A DNA stretch of 60,130 nt, filler included, from Nemertoderma westbladi (lineage: Eukaryota; Animalia; Xenacoelomorpha): NCBI GenBank assembly GCA_032718475.1. It is 3 parts of 3 records of this genome, joined end to end, with 100 filler letters (N's around TTAATTAATTAA, not from the genome) between each part and the next. Parts side by side here need not be neighbours in the genome. Positions count along the whole stretch, not along the records: positions 1 to 28,471 come from JAUCBJ010006115.1; positions 28,572 to 44,402 come from JAUCBJ010003101.1; 1 more part is not named here. One strand, given 5' to 3'. Below the pieces are notes generated by a model. That model worked only from the letters and a program-made list of their open reading frames with translations. It was not told where the DNA came from and did not search any database. This document shows positions 24,718 through 36,909 of this stretch, in pieces. Positions within the stretch are counted from its first letter, which is position 1. Each line of letters begins with the position of its first letter. The position numbers and the translations under genes are program-made.

Positions 24718-26031
24718 TCACATCTCATTGACCTGACATCTAAAAGCGAACACAGCAACCAGAGCGAAGATAAATGGCAACCCTAACAAACTGAGAAGCG
24801 AGCAAGCAAGTTCCATACCAAAGAAATCATTGAAGAATCCACCAAGAACAGGACCTATGATAGCTCCAATTGAGTGTTCAATTCTAAACATTTGTTGGAG
24901 AAGAGATCTGGTATCTACATTATCGCGATAACCACAAACATTCACAGCCAGTTGTGTTTGTGTTTCCAGTCCAGGTGTTTTGTTTAGTCCATTACCGAAT
25001 CCAAGGAGAGCGCAGCCAGTGATAGATATGGTGAGATCATGAGGTAAACCCAGTAGCTCTGTAGGGCCTATTAGTTGCATTGCCACAGCTAGTAACATTG
25101 TGCCAAATACAGTTGGTAAGATGGTTTTAAATTTCCCCATTGTTAAGGACATTATTAGACCAGTAGAAGCATAAAGACCTGGAAATATCATATAAAGGCG
25201 ACCAATATTGTACTGGTTGACATTGTAGTTGTGGTGAATGTAGGCAGCATAGTTCGCAATGATAAAGGATGTGAGTATTCTGGAATATACATTTATAATA
25301 AATATAAGTGAAATTGCAGGATTTCGCATAAGTCCAAGATATGATGGTCTATCTTTTGTTTCACATCTGTCATAAATATTAGGTGGTGACTCAAACCAGC
25401 AGTAAAGGACAATAATAAGAAACATCAAACCCGATATTATAAATGGGAACTCAAAACCCAATGATGCAAAAATGGTTGAACCAAAAACTGGTGAAACCAT
25501 AATTCCTACAGTGCCACAAACAATTGATAAACTAGCTAATAAAGTTCTCTGTGCAGGCCACAAATCCATCAATAGACTGTATGAATATATAACACTGATG
25601 TTGAGACCAACTCCTTCGATGATGCGAAGAGAAAAACAAGCGAATATATATAATCCACTGCTGTTGTTTGGAATATTTTCTACAAACCCAAATACCAACT
25701 GGGAAACTGCACCAATAATGCCAAATAGGCCCAAAGAGATATGTGTTCCCCAATTGTTGATAGAATGAGGGCAACTAATGTATATTATAAGTCTGACAGT
25801 AGAAAACATTGCCAATAATGCACCAATTAGAGTCTTCGACCAACCACGTTCTTCTACAACAATTGGGAAGAATGTTTCCAGGAGATTCTGACACCAACCT
25901 GGTATCATTTGATACATGAGCAACATGGCCACCAGCATGTAAAGTCGCCAGCCTTTTTTATGACTATTCTGGTTAATAAAACTTTTATTGGTTTCATTAT
26001 AAGTTTTAATGGAAGCTGCTCCTTCTGACAT
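24718..26031 (-). CDS. MFS transporter, SLC18B1-like, single-exon coding region
   Basis: 437-aa ORF with many hydrophobic segments; LRIIEGVG, PVFGSTIFASLGFEFPF, LIGPTELLG, IGAIIGPVLGG motifs. Confidence 0.85.
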   Translation of the reverse strand: MSEGAASIKTYNETNKSFINQNSHKKGWRLYMLVAMLLMYQMIPGWCQNLLETFFPIVVEERGWSKTLIGALLAMFSTVRLIIYISCPHSINNWGTHISLGLFGIIGAVSQLVFGFVENIPNNSSGLYIFACFSLRIIEGVGLNISVIYSYSLLMDLWPAQRTLLASLSIVCGTVGIMVSPVFGSTIFASLGFEFPFIISGLMFLIIVLYCWFESPPNIYDRCETKDRPSYLGLMRNPAISLIFIINVYSRILTSFIIANYAAYIHHNYNVNQYNIGRLYMIFPGLYASTGLIMSLTMGKFKTILPTVFGTMLLAVAMQLIGPTELLGLPHDLTISITGCALLGFGNGLNKTPGLETQTQLAVNVCGYRDNVDTRSLLQQMFRIEHSIGAIIGPVLGGFFNDFFGMELACSLLSLLGLPFIFALVAVFAFRCQVNEM

Positions 26032-26399
26032 CTTGTAGGGCCTACTTACTTCAAATAGTTAATGACACCAACTATATATTTAGTGGGTTACAATTTAATT
26101 TAAGGGGTACTGGGAGATTAAGCTACTTATATTATATGTACAAGAAATTTATTCCTAAAAGTTGATTTGTATTATTAGTATACCAGTACTCTAAGTATAG
26201 TGTCTATGTAATACAGGATTTAAGTACAGTATGTACATTAGAGTGATCTGTATGTCGGTGCAATTACATAGGCCCTACAGTAGTTCGGATTATAAAGATG
26301 CGGGTTACTACAATAAATAATACACTACAGTACAATCTAATATGGATATCCCAGACTAAACCACAATCCATAATCCTAATCATAGTTGAGGTATAATCA

Positions 26400-26900
26400 T
26401 TCTTCTTGTAAAGTATGCACTATTATGTCATAAAAAACATTGAGAAAATCGAATGAGCGGCCGGGTAGGACTCTTTCTAAGGTAACCTTTGTTGCTCAGG
26501 TTAGTCTAATTTAATGAAGTGCTCATAGAGTATAGATTACTGCAAGTTATGTATGTACCAAGATGGATCATTTCAGCCACAGGGCGTTATGTGTGAAATA
26601 TAAATGGGGTTATCGCATTGAATTGATATCGCACAGAATTGAGTTATGTTATCAGAATTTTTAGATATAATTTAGAATAATGTTGTTTATATAATTTTGA
26701 GAATGAGTTTTTAGAATATGATCTTGATTTCAGACGGAACTGAATTCCAGAAGGTTGGGCCCTGCTAACGGATAGAGCATTGGGATGAATCTAAACTAAC
26801 TAAAGGGACGATTAAGCCAAAAGAGGTAGCCAAACAGGTACAATATCCATGAGAGATTTTATTTAATAAGTAGAAAAGCAAGAAAATGAATGGAGAGATG
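26400..26900 (-). mobile_element. Degraded L2/Crack-like LINE 3' remnant
   Basis: Minus strand translates SIR*QGPTFWNSVPSEI, typical of the ORF2 C-terminus. Confidence 0.5.
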
Positions 26901-26919
26901 TATTGCAACAATTAAATTG

Positions 26920-27040
26920 TCACAATATTTCAACTCTATTCCTCTTGCAGGAGCCTTCCTCGGGTGAGGAATTTAAATCAACTTACTGTGGTGAGGAAAA
27001 ACCATAAACTAACGCAAACCGGAATAATTGCAATAATTAC
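26920..27040 (-). mobile_element. Penelope-like repeat with mutated hammerhead (CCGAGGA core)
   Basis: Homologous to 4580-4682. Confidence 0.6.
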
Positions 27041-28011
27041 ACCAATAATGTGATTTTTTTTAATAATTGGCCGATGGGGGAGGAGTGATATTATTTGAGT
27101 CATACATTATGGCGGTTTGATGTTTGTGTAGAAGTACAAGAGGTAAAATAGATAAACAATTTGTAAATAGGGCTTGACAATGAACGGCTGTGAGAAAATG
27201 TAATTGGCCTACAATAAATTAATTTATTAATTTTAGTTCAGTACGACCTACGTAGGGGTTTGAGCGTAGAAGAATGCATTTTTCCTCAAATTAAGATACC
27301 ATATAATAGATAGGGGTGGATATTATAAATATTATACTATATTTTTCCCTTATCCACTGGATAAGGGAAAAATATAGTTGGCGTAAGATATTTAATGGAT
27401 AAATTTTTATTTAAAAAAAAGGATTAATTCAAAAAAAATTATTTTAAAAAATTTTAGTTTTAGGATGTCCTGATACCACAAAACACAAATTTAATTAATT
27501 TTAAATAGTGGATATTCTCGATTTTCATAATCTCCTCGTTATGTGGGAAGTATCCTCTGTTTATGTGGTATACATGAACATGTTAACTGCCTTGATTCAG
27601 CATGCTTGCTCAAGTTGTAAAGGCTAATAAATAAATATATTGATTGATATTGAATATTTAAAGTTTAGAAAAATGAATGTACTTTATCTGCGTTTATCTA
27701 CAATAATCTCCTGGGCGGACGTCATAAAGTCTAAATAATATCATATAAATATGAATATCAGTAAGTGAAGCATATAATGTATAATATATTGTTAGATTAT
27801 ATAAACAAAACCTGAACACATGTTATGTCCGCAACAGGAATACTCTATACTTTAACATATATTAAAGTATAACATTAAATTAAATTATTGTGGATCGAGC
27901 CACAAAGTTGGCGGAGCCTTAACAATCTGACACTTTTAGGGGGTGGATACATTTTTGAAAATAGTTGTCATTGTAGTTGTAGTTAGGATTACCAGTTTGT
28001 CATGCTAATTA

Positions 28012-28445
28012 CTCGATATTTTTACCCTCGATATTTTTACTCTCGATATTTTTACCCTCGATATTTTTACTCTCAATATTTTTACACTCGGTATTTTTAC
28101 TCTCAATATTTTTACACTCAGTATTTTTACTCTCGCTATTTTTAATCTACATTTTTTCACTCTTGATATTTTTAAACTCTCGATATTTCAATATTTATAA
28201 ACTCTTGATATTTCGATATTTTTACCCTCAAAATTTTTAATCTCGATATTTTTACACTCGGTATTTTTACTCTGGATATTTTTACTCTCGCTATTTTTAA
28301 TCTAGATTTTTTCACTCTCGATAATTTTAAACTATCGATATTTCGATATTTTTAAACTCTCTATATATCGATATTTTTAAACTCTTGATATTTCGATATT
28401 TTTACTCTTGGTATTTTTTGAATGAGCGATATTATCGATATTTTT
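28012..28445. repeat. About 15-bp minisatellite (ctcgatatttttac)
   Basis: More than 20 degenerate units; related tract on the opposite strand at about 13870-13990. Confidence 0.9.
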
Positions 28446-28471
28446 CAACACTCACTTTTTTTTACTTTTTT

Positions 28472-28571
28472 NNNNNNNNNNNNNNNNNNNNNNNNNNNNN
28501 NNNNNNNNNNNNNNNTTAATTAATTAANNNNNNNNNNNNNNNNNNNNNNNNNNNNNNNNNNNNNNNNNNNN
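28472..28571. other. Assembly gap with artificial TTAATTAATTAA linker
   Basis: N run, stop-codon linker, N run; 100 bp. Confidence 0.95.
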
Positions 28572-29440
28572 CGTCGATAGTACAGTCAGATGGTGGAAGG
28601 GCAGGCAGATTTTACTTACGGTATTAGTAAATATTCACGGAAAGAAGAAGTTTGGATGTTCGCGAAGAAGTTGGTTGACGTGGACGACGAGATAGTTTAT
28701 TAATCGATAGAACGGAATGGTATCTGAAATTAGAAATATTGGAATATTACGCGGCGGATATGCGGAAAGTTTGTTGTCGACGATGAGCGATAACGCGGCG
28801 AAATGACAGACACCGGCAGATTTTACTTACGGTGTTAGTAAATATTCACGGAAAGAAGAAGATTGGAAGTTCGTGAAGAAGTTGGTTGACGTGGACAACG
28901 AGAGAATTTATTAACCGATAGAACGGAATGGTATCTGAAATTAGAAATATTGGAATATTACGCGACGAATACGCGGAAAGTTTGTTGTCGCGATGAGTGA
29001 TAACGCGGCGAAATGATACTAGAAAAATAAGTTGATTATTTGTAAAAAGATAAAAAATAGTGTAAGCAGATAGGCGGATGTAAGCCTATTGATTGAATGC
29101 TTCGATCACGGTTTAGGCTATCGGTACCACCGCAGTCTGACAGTAATTAATAATGAGCCTACTGTAATACTGTTGTATCGGTAGACATTAAATGTAAATT
29201 GTTTGCTACCGGCATCGATAGTACCGTCAGATGGTGGAAGGCAGATTTTACTTACGGTGTTTGTAAATATTCACGGAAAGAAGAAGTTTGGAAGTTCGGT
29301 GGCGATGAGGAAGTTGGTTGACGTGGACGATGAGAGAGTTTATTTACCGATAGAACGGAATGGTATCGGAAGAATATTACGCGGCGGATACGCGGAAAGT
29401 TTGTTGTCGACGATGAGTGATAACGCGGCGAAATGACAAT
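28572..29440. repeat. Three copies of an about 210-bp repeat
   Basis: gcagattttacttacgg...gataacgcggcgaaatga at about 28606, 28816 and 29241. Confidence 0.9.
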
Positions 29441-30398
29441 AATACAACTCTACAAGTGGGTTGTTGACTGACGATAACAAATAAATATTCTTAAATAAAT
29501 AATATTAAATTCGAAAACAAAATAATGGTAAATGATGTTAATCGTAACTTGCAATTGAAATAATGACCTAATATATTGGTGGGGACGTATTAAATAGCAA
29601 TTCGGTTAGTAAGGGAGGCCCTTGTCTCTTAAATGAGCCAATCAGAACGCAGCAGTAGAAATGAAGCCCGCTGATTGGCTGTTCATGCATAAGCGGTTAC
29701 CAGGGCAACTTCTCGTGTTGATTCTATATTAGAAAACTCTTGTAAGCATCTTGACTAATTATGTTGAGTTGGCTGTATAACAGAAGCAGGTCTGGTGCAA
29801 AGGAAAGGGATTAGTAGAGAGGATTGCGTGTTTAGAGGCGCTTCATTGTTATGATAGGGGCTGCCTGGATATAGGAAAGGGACAAAGCGACGCCGGCTAT
29901 AGTGGGAACAATGGAGGGCCGCTTGAGCATTAGCCTTGGGCGACATAGGGATTTGCTGTAGTCAAGGCTGCGGTGGGATTATTAGTGAGTCATCGATGGG
30001 GCTGCTAACAGACGGGACCGCTCATTTATATTTGCCTTGGGGGTATACGTATAGATTCACTGCCTGTTGTATCTAGTTAATGAATAATGAGGACAGAGGA
30101 GGGGCCCCCCGCCGATGAACGCAGTTGATAGTTGCCAGTAGGGGGCCGTATACCATAGCCATTATAAAGTTAAAAATAGATATTATGTCATAGTGATCTC
30201 GTTGGTAATATAAAAACTAATTAATCTAAAAATAGAAATCAATGTATAAAGTAAAAGTAATATATACAATTAATTAATTTAAAATAAAGTACAAATGAAT
30301 AAATAAAGTAAAATAAAATACAAATAATTAATTAAAATTAAATATAAATAAATAGGTATTAATAAATAAAAGAGCCGCGGTGTCACTTATGACACCCT

Positions 30399-30691
30399 CT
30401 TGGGCCTCTCGGCGACAGTTGGACAACACTGATGACCCATTGTGTGTCAGGGCGCTAATCAGTCTGATTAATTAGGATAATCAATTAAACCCTAATTAGG
30501 AGTCATATGACATCTGTTAGGGTTTAATTGTACTAATTAATTGATGACACCTGTCAATTAGCCTAATTGGGAGGTGTCACCCAGACAGTCTGGCGCCAAT
30601 GACACCCAATGACACCCATAGGGTGATAATTGGGTGTCATATGACACCCAATGGGTGTCAGTGAGGTACAACTGTCGCCGAGCCGGCCAAG
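30399..30691. mobile_element. MITE-like inverted-repeat element
   Basis: ctcggcgacagttg..cactga / tcagtg..caactgtcgccgag; internal gacacc/ggtgtc repeats. Confidence 0.6.
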
Positions 30692-32099
30692 ACCCTAGTA
30701 CTAACGACACCATCATTGGTAATATGCAGAGAAATGAAGAATGCGAGCAAGGAAATTTTGAAGAAATGTAAAAAGTAATACAGTTAGTTGTAATACTGTA
30801 ATACAGTAATAGTCAGATAGTAGGTCAAACCTCAAACGACTGTTTTGATGATGATGATGATGTGATTAAACTGCGAGCGTCTGAGCGTAGCGAGCAAGAA
30901 AATTTAGTAATTGTTGTAATTGTAAATGACCTACATTCCTCAATAATAATTTATGATGTTGGTTATTTATATACCAGATTATATTATATACAGTCAACCA
31001 ACAGTTAGGCGTACTAATCCATTAATCGGCTACCTATTTCAACAGGAAAATGTGTGTGTGATGTGAGACAGACAGTGAGATGATGATTAAAGTTGAAAGT
31101 GGGTACGACACCTCAATGCTCAATCTGTCGGTTTTTCCACACCATAGTGTGGGAGGCAAAACAGTTCAAGGCAGGGAACTACTGTTAGGTTAAGAAACAG
31201 CACTGATAGCACCGTAGGGATATTTGAATAACAGAATAAGGAGTAAGAGTCACAAACGCGACCGAAAATTTTGAACTCTTTCTAAACATACTGGACTGGT
31301 GTAATTTCAAGTAGCGTGGATATGTTGCCAGTGCATTGCTACTGTATGACAGCATGACATCCATATGTGCGCCAGGATCCTCAATGCGCGCCACACGTCC
31401 CTATTGCTACGCGCCAGGATCCTAAATGTGCGCCACACATGTTGAGCAAACTCTACATAAATTCCAACCTGGACTGGAGGAAGTGTAACAAATTAATAAT
31501 TTGTCAGGTTGTAGTTGTGTTGTACCAGGTGACCAGCAGTTCCATGTTACGGCAGTGCAGATGGTACCCACTCCACTACCCTGCAAGGTATCGGAAATTG
31601 GAATCAAACATTTCACCAGCAAGGCCACGACCTCTGTCTGTCGACATCAACTTTCGGTGCCACTAGCATTACGGGTGATGGTCAGACTGGTCTAACCGAG
31701 GACTAGAGAATGCATGGAACTTTTTGAGTAGTCTGACAGTGGACTGCTATGACGTCGACGCCAAGCTGTCAATGCGGTTGGTTCTATAAAGTAACTCACT
31801 CTGTCATCACCTGGTGTCCGGCTACGTTGACCTTGACTCTTGACATGCATTGTATTTAAGCAGTATGCCTACTGATCAGAGCTTACGGCTGGTTGGGTGC
31901 AGCTGCACTACACACAATAAGTCGGGCTCATATTTATGTTCGCCCCGAATCTCTGCGGCACATTCAGTCAGTCCGGACCGAATACTGGATGGATACCGGT
32001 ACAGGAACTTTTTGAAGGAAGTGGAAGGCTGAAGGCAAGGGAACTCCGATCAGATGGATCACTCTATAGTTATGGTGTTAGTGTACCAGACAGCCAGTG

Positions 32100-32882
32100 C
32101 AGAGATGGATACAGGCCGGTTTTTCACAGCCCGGGCCCAACACGGCCCGTTGGGTCTCGGCCCGCCCTGGCCCCGTTAATTTGAATTTTTCTAAACATTA
32201 CAGCATACAATTTAATTTTAACTTTTTTGATCAATTTGCATACAATGATTCCAAATACAATATAAGTTTGTCATCGTGAGCCACTGTTCTGGTTGAATGT
32301 GCATTAGAAAACTCGAAATATACTAAACACATGTTGCGTAGGTCTACCTTGTTAATACTACGGACGCATTATTTTTGTTGTTAAATATGAAGTAATGTGC
32401 TTGCCCCATCGTTTTAGTTTCGATTGATATTTTTTTTCGATGATACAGTATTACTAACTACTGTCAGACTGTGTCAGACAGTATCTAAATTTCGATTCAA
32501 TTATTTATTGATAACAAAATTTAATTTAACTAAATTAAACCAAAACGCAACTATAGTAAAATAATAAACAATAACAAACCAATATCTGGTTTTAATTGTA
32601 TGGCCTGTAAAAGATGGTAAGCCTACGTATGAGTCTGTGTACGAGTCTGAGAATGTGGCAAAGGTGCATTACAAAGTTAGACAAAGACACAAATAAATCA
32701 GGAAACAACCCTAGTTACAGGAAAATTAATTATAAATATTTAATTTAATTTTGTGATAAAAAATATGTAACAAACATTTTCATATTTTTGTGTTTTGTTA
32801 ACTGGATAATATAATTATTCAACAATTAGCGGGCTTTCCAATATTTAGAATGCGGCCCAAGCCCGGCCCGTGTCCATCAATG
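32100..32882. mobile_element. Non-autonomous hAT element
   Basis: Imperfect TIR cagagatggatacaggccgg / ccggcccgtgtccatcaatg; perfect 8-bp TSD agccagtg. Confidence 0.85.
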
Positions 32883-33736
32883 AGCCAGTGGTGTCTGCCT
32901 TTCGCAGTGTCACTCACCCACGTAGTCGTGGTAATAAAGAAAGACTTATCGACGATATTAATTCACCCAAACCCAAATTAAAAGATTTATGTTACTGCAA
33001 CCCTAAGAAGAGCAGAGCAGAGCATTGTATTGTTTTTTTTGTAATTGTATATTAGGTTGATAATAAATATTTATTTAATTAATCCATTGTTCTCTCTTTT
33101 GTTTGGAGTGCAGACTGGATCGTAAGCTGATTGGTCTAGAAACGTTGTCAGCCAGTTCGTCACTTTGGTTACCTTGCCAATGTAACCACCCGCACTCTTA
33201 GTAATAGCTGGACGCCTTAAGGAAGTGTCTGAATAGTCGCTACTGTCGGCGTCAGGAATTTCAGCGTCAGGGTGCTGTGTGTCGATTAGTGTGTGAGCAT
33301 CACCCTCCGCTATTAATCCTTCAGTGGCAACGGCACCTGCTGGTTGTACTTTACTTCACTACGGTACTTTACTCGGTTATAAACTATTTAATAAACAGAA
33401 TCATCTCTGGAGCATCGCTATCCCACATCAAAGGTTTCCAGTAAAAGGATAGTTTAGTTTACTAAACTCTAAAAATTGGTTAAAATATCAGATAATAGTG
33501 ACTGTTTAACTTTTCCTCGTGCTGCGCGAACCATTTCTTGTGACACTTGTAACACGTATGAATTAGAAGAGCATGTTTCTGAAAACGTACCGCCGTCATT
33601 GGTGATGTGAGGGAGTCCAAGTTGGCGTACTTTGTGGATGGTTCTCACACTTATCCTAAAGTTCCTAAAATCCACATTCTTTCCCAATGTACGGCAGATA
33701 ATTTGGGGACCTTTAGAGGGGGATCACATGAATTAA

Positions 33737-35302
33737 CCCTATTAAACCCGGGGGGGGGGGGGTCAATATGACCCCTCCCGTGGTTTTTTTATTATAATTC
33801 TGAAACAAACGCAGTTGGGAATCTGAAATTTTATGACTTTTCCTAAAAATCTATTGTCTTCCTAGTAGTGAAAACCGTTTTCAAAAATATTGGGTACTTT
33901 TCGAGTTATAGCACCATTTTTTAACCCTACTTTTGGCACTTTTTTTTGAGACGTTTTTTGAAAATTACATTTCATTAAATATGAATTGTAACATCTCTAT
34001 TTTCGATTTACTCCGGTTTTTTGGTGTTAGAAATTGGATGGAATTCATATAAATTGATTTAGAAATTTCAAACTTGTTTTTTTCGGTGGGTGCCAAATTT
34101 TGGTGCCAGCACCAAATTTTGAAATATGTCAATTTTGTAAATTGATTGTTTGAAACTTGTTTTTTTACGCAATTGGGGTTTTTTGGGGTTCTGGATTCGA
34201 TAAAATATATACGAGTTGCACCAAGCGTATCAAACTTGTATTTTTTCGGTGCTGTGTGCAAATTTTGGTGCTAGCACGAAATTTTGAAAATCCATTCAAT
34301 AGATAAAATTGCTTGTGACAATTTATTTCTTGCGTTTTAGAGGTTTATGGCTGTTCTGAATTCAATGGCATATATAATTATCGAACTAGACATCTCAAAC
34401 TTGTATTTTTCGGATGTGGGTGCAAAATGTGGTGCTAGCACCAAATTTTGAAAACCATCAAATAAATCAATTGATTGGTGTCACCTTGTTTCTTGCGTTA
34501 TAGGGGTTTGTGATGGTTCTGAATTCAATGGAATCAGCAAAAATTCCATAAGAGTTCTCAAACTTGTATTTTTCGCCGGTGGGTGAAAATTGTTGTGCCA
34601 GCACCAAATTTTGGAAAATATGCAAATTGATCAGTAGATAGTATCACCTTGTTTCTTGCGTTATACGGGTTTATGAGGGTCCTGAATCCGATGGAATCAA
34701 TAAAAACAGCACTGGACATCGCAAACTTGTACTTTTTGGTGATGGGTACGAAATTTGGTGCTAGCACCAAAATTTGCCAAATTACGCCGAAAAATACAAG
34801 TAGCAATGATCTGGCATATTAGAAATGTATTCCATTAGAATCAGGGCCCTCGAAAACCTGAAAATGTGAATTTATAGCATCGTATAAGTGAATTAAAAAT
34901 TTTGTGTTCTAACTGAAAAGTGCTGGTTACTTGTTTTTTTCATTTTTTTCCTACGCAGAGAGGACTAAACAGCCATTTATAGTAATCATATCATTTTTAA
35001 ATATTTTCCAATGTGTTTTGCGCCCCAGAAAACCTGTATTGAAAAATAATTAGCCGGAAATGTAACTTTCAAATTTTGTGAAAATTGTGCACTACTTGTA
35101 ATTTTGGTGCTGCAATATAACCACCCCAGTACATTTTTTCGAAAATTTTTTTTTTCGGTCGGATCCAGACAAGTGATACCTACGTACAAACAAAAAATCA
35201 GACGTTTTCGTAAATATTTGTAGATTTTAGAGGGGGGGGGGGGGGTCAATATGACCCCCTCCCGGTATTTGTACAACATTTTATAGCCCGGTACTAATAG
35301 GG
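33737..35302. mobile_element. Non-autonomous piggyBac-like element
   Basis: TTAA-CCCTATTA ... TAATAGGG-TTAA; internal tandem repeats (caaacttg..ggtgctagcaccaaatttt). Confidence 0.8.
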
Positions 35303-35373
35303 TTAAAGCTTTAAATATGCGATATCCTGGAAGATCTCAAGGTGGCGTGAAAGAACAAAACACTACAGTACAA

Positions 35374-35861
35374 ACTACGCCATGTCCTGGAATGTGCCGT
35401 TATTCCGTTATTCTGCCCCCTGGAAAGTTATTTACAAATCTTAATGAGATTGTATGAAATTGTATGATGCTATTGTAGAATATGATGATGTTTTTATTTA
35501 ATAAAATAAAATGGTTTTTGAACGCTCATATTTCAGCTACTTTTCAACGAAATTTAGATTGTGTTACATATTTGGAAACCTTACATCGACACCTTTCCAT
35601 CAGTATCCAACTAATCACCACAAGGTTTAATAATACTGTCGACGGAGACACCTTTTTTAAACGCTTGTAGCTAAAAATGAATGCAAAATATAAAAATTAT
35701 GACTCACCCACCCAGGAGGAGTTACATGAAACCATGAAAGTATCTCTATTTCAAATTTCATACAATCTCATTAAAGATTTGTAGAAAAATTTGGAGGGGG
35801 GGGGGGGGGGGGGGGGCAGGTACCTGAATAACGACACTATATTCCAGGACATGGTGTAAGT
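35374..35861. mobile_element. Inverted-repeat (MITE-like) element
   Basis: ccatgtcctggaat..taatgagattgtatgaaatt / aatttcatacaatctcatta..attccaggacatgg. Confidence 0.6.
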
Positions 35862-36909
35862 GTGTAATTCTATTTTGTTACATTATGTCAGCATTACTCG
35901 TAACGCTGCAAAGTACTACTTTGCAGCGTTGCGGCCTGTAGAACGGAACCCTGAAAGTAATTAATGACATGGAAACAACTTCAATTACCGTATTCCAGAA
36001 TGTATTATTTCCATTTATATTAATGCGTGCTTTTTTTTCAATAAAGCAGCACGTGTTTGCATAATACGAATAACGTCCAGTTTGAAGTGACGGGCCTAGC
36101 TACTGTATGTAAAAAATTGTTTAACGTGTAAGGCTGTATTAATTCCATACGTCCTATAGAAGACGTTTTAGAGAAAGTGAGCAAAGAAAATATGGCGACA
36201 TTATTCAGTAAATAAATGTGTAAATAATACTGTGTACCTGTTAATAAATTGCACTTATATTCGAAATTGTATATGATTAAAATGTTTAAATTAGTATCCA
36301 TGAAATCCTTTCTTCACATACCGAACGCTGAAAAGTTGACATAATGTAACAAAATTACATACATCATTGCGTCAGTCACCTTCCTCGATGCGCTCGCTCG
36401 GTACATAAATAAACTCGGGTCATAACGCTGCAAAGTGCTACTTTGCACACAATGCAATGATGTAAATAGTTATTCCAAAATTGTAACATTACTTAACGCC
36501 GTTAGTATTGACAGCGAGTTGTTATTTAGCAATACACTATTCGGCTACTGACACCTGTTGACGATCGTATTTAATTATTAGTTATTAGTGTATTACAACT
36601 ACATACGACTGTTATTGTTTATGTCTACGTTTCGTATTGTTTTTTTTTTTTGGAACTCCCCAACTAGAATATTTTAGTATGGTTAGACATTGCGTAGTAC
36701 GTGTTTAGTTTAATATATGTAGTAGTGAAAATTGTATGTTAACTGAATTCCACAGTAAGTTGATTGATTAAATTGTGTGTATAATAGTATTGAGGTATAA
36801 ATATATTTTGTTCTAACAGTGTATCAGCAGCCAGGTATCATACATGTTGTGTCTCTATACATACCAGTATTGGAATTAGTATAGTGGCGTAGTAGTTCCT
36901 GTTTTTAGA

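Noticed and set aside
28516-28527. TTAATTAATTAA within N runs
   Set aside because: Artificial scaffolding linker, also at 44447-44458
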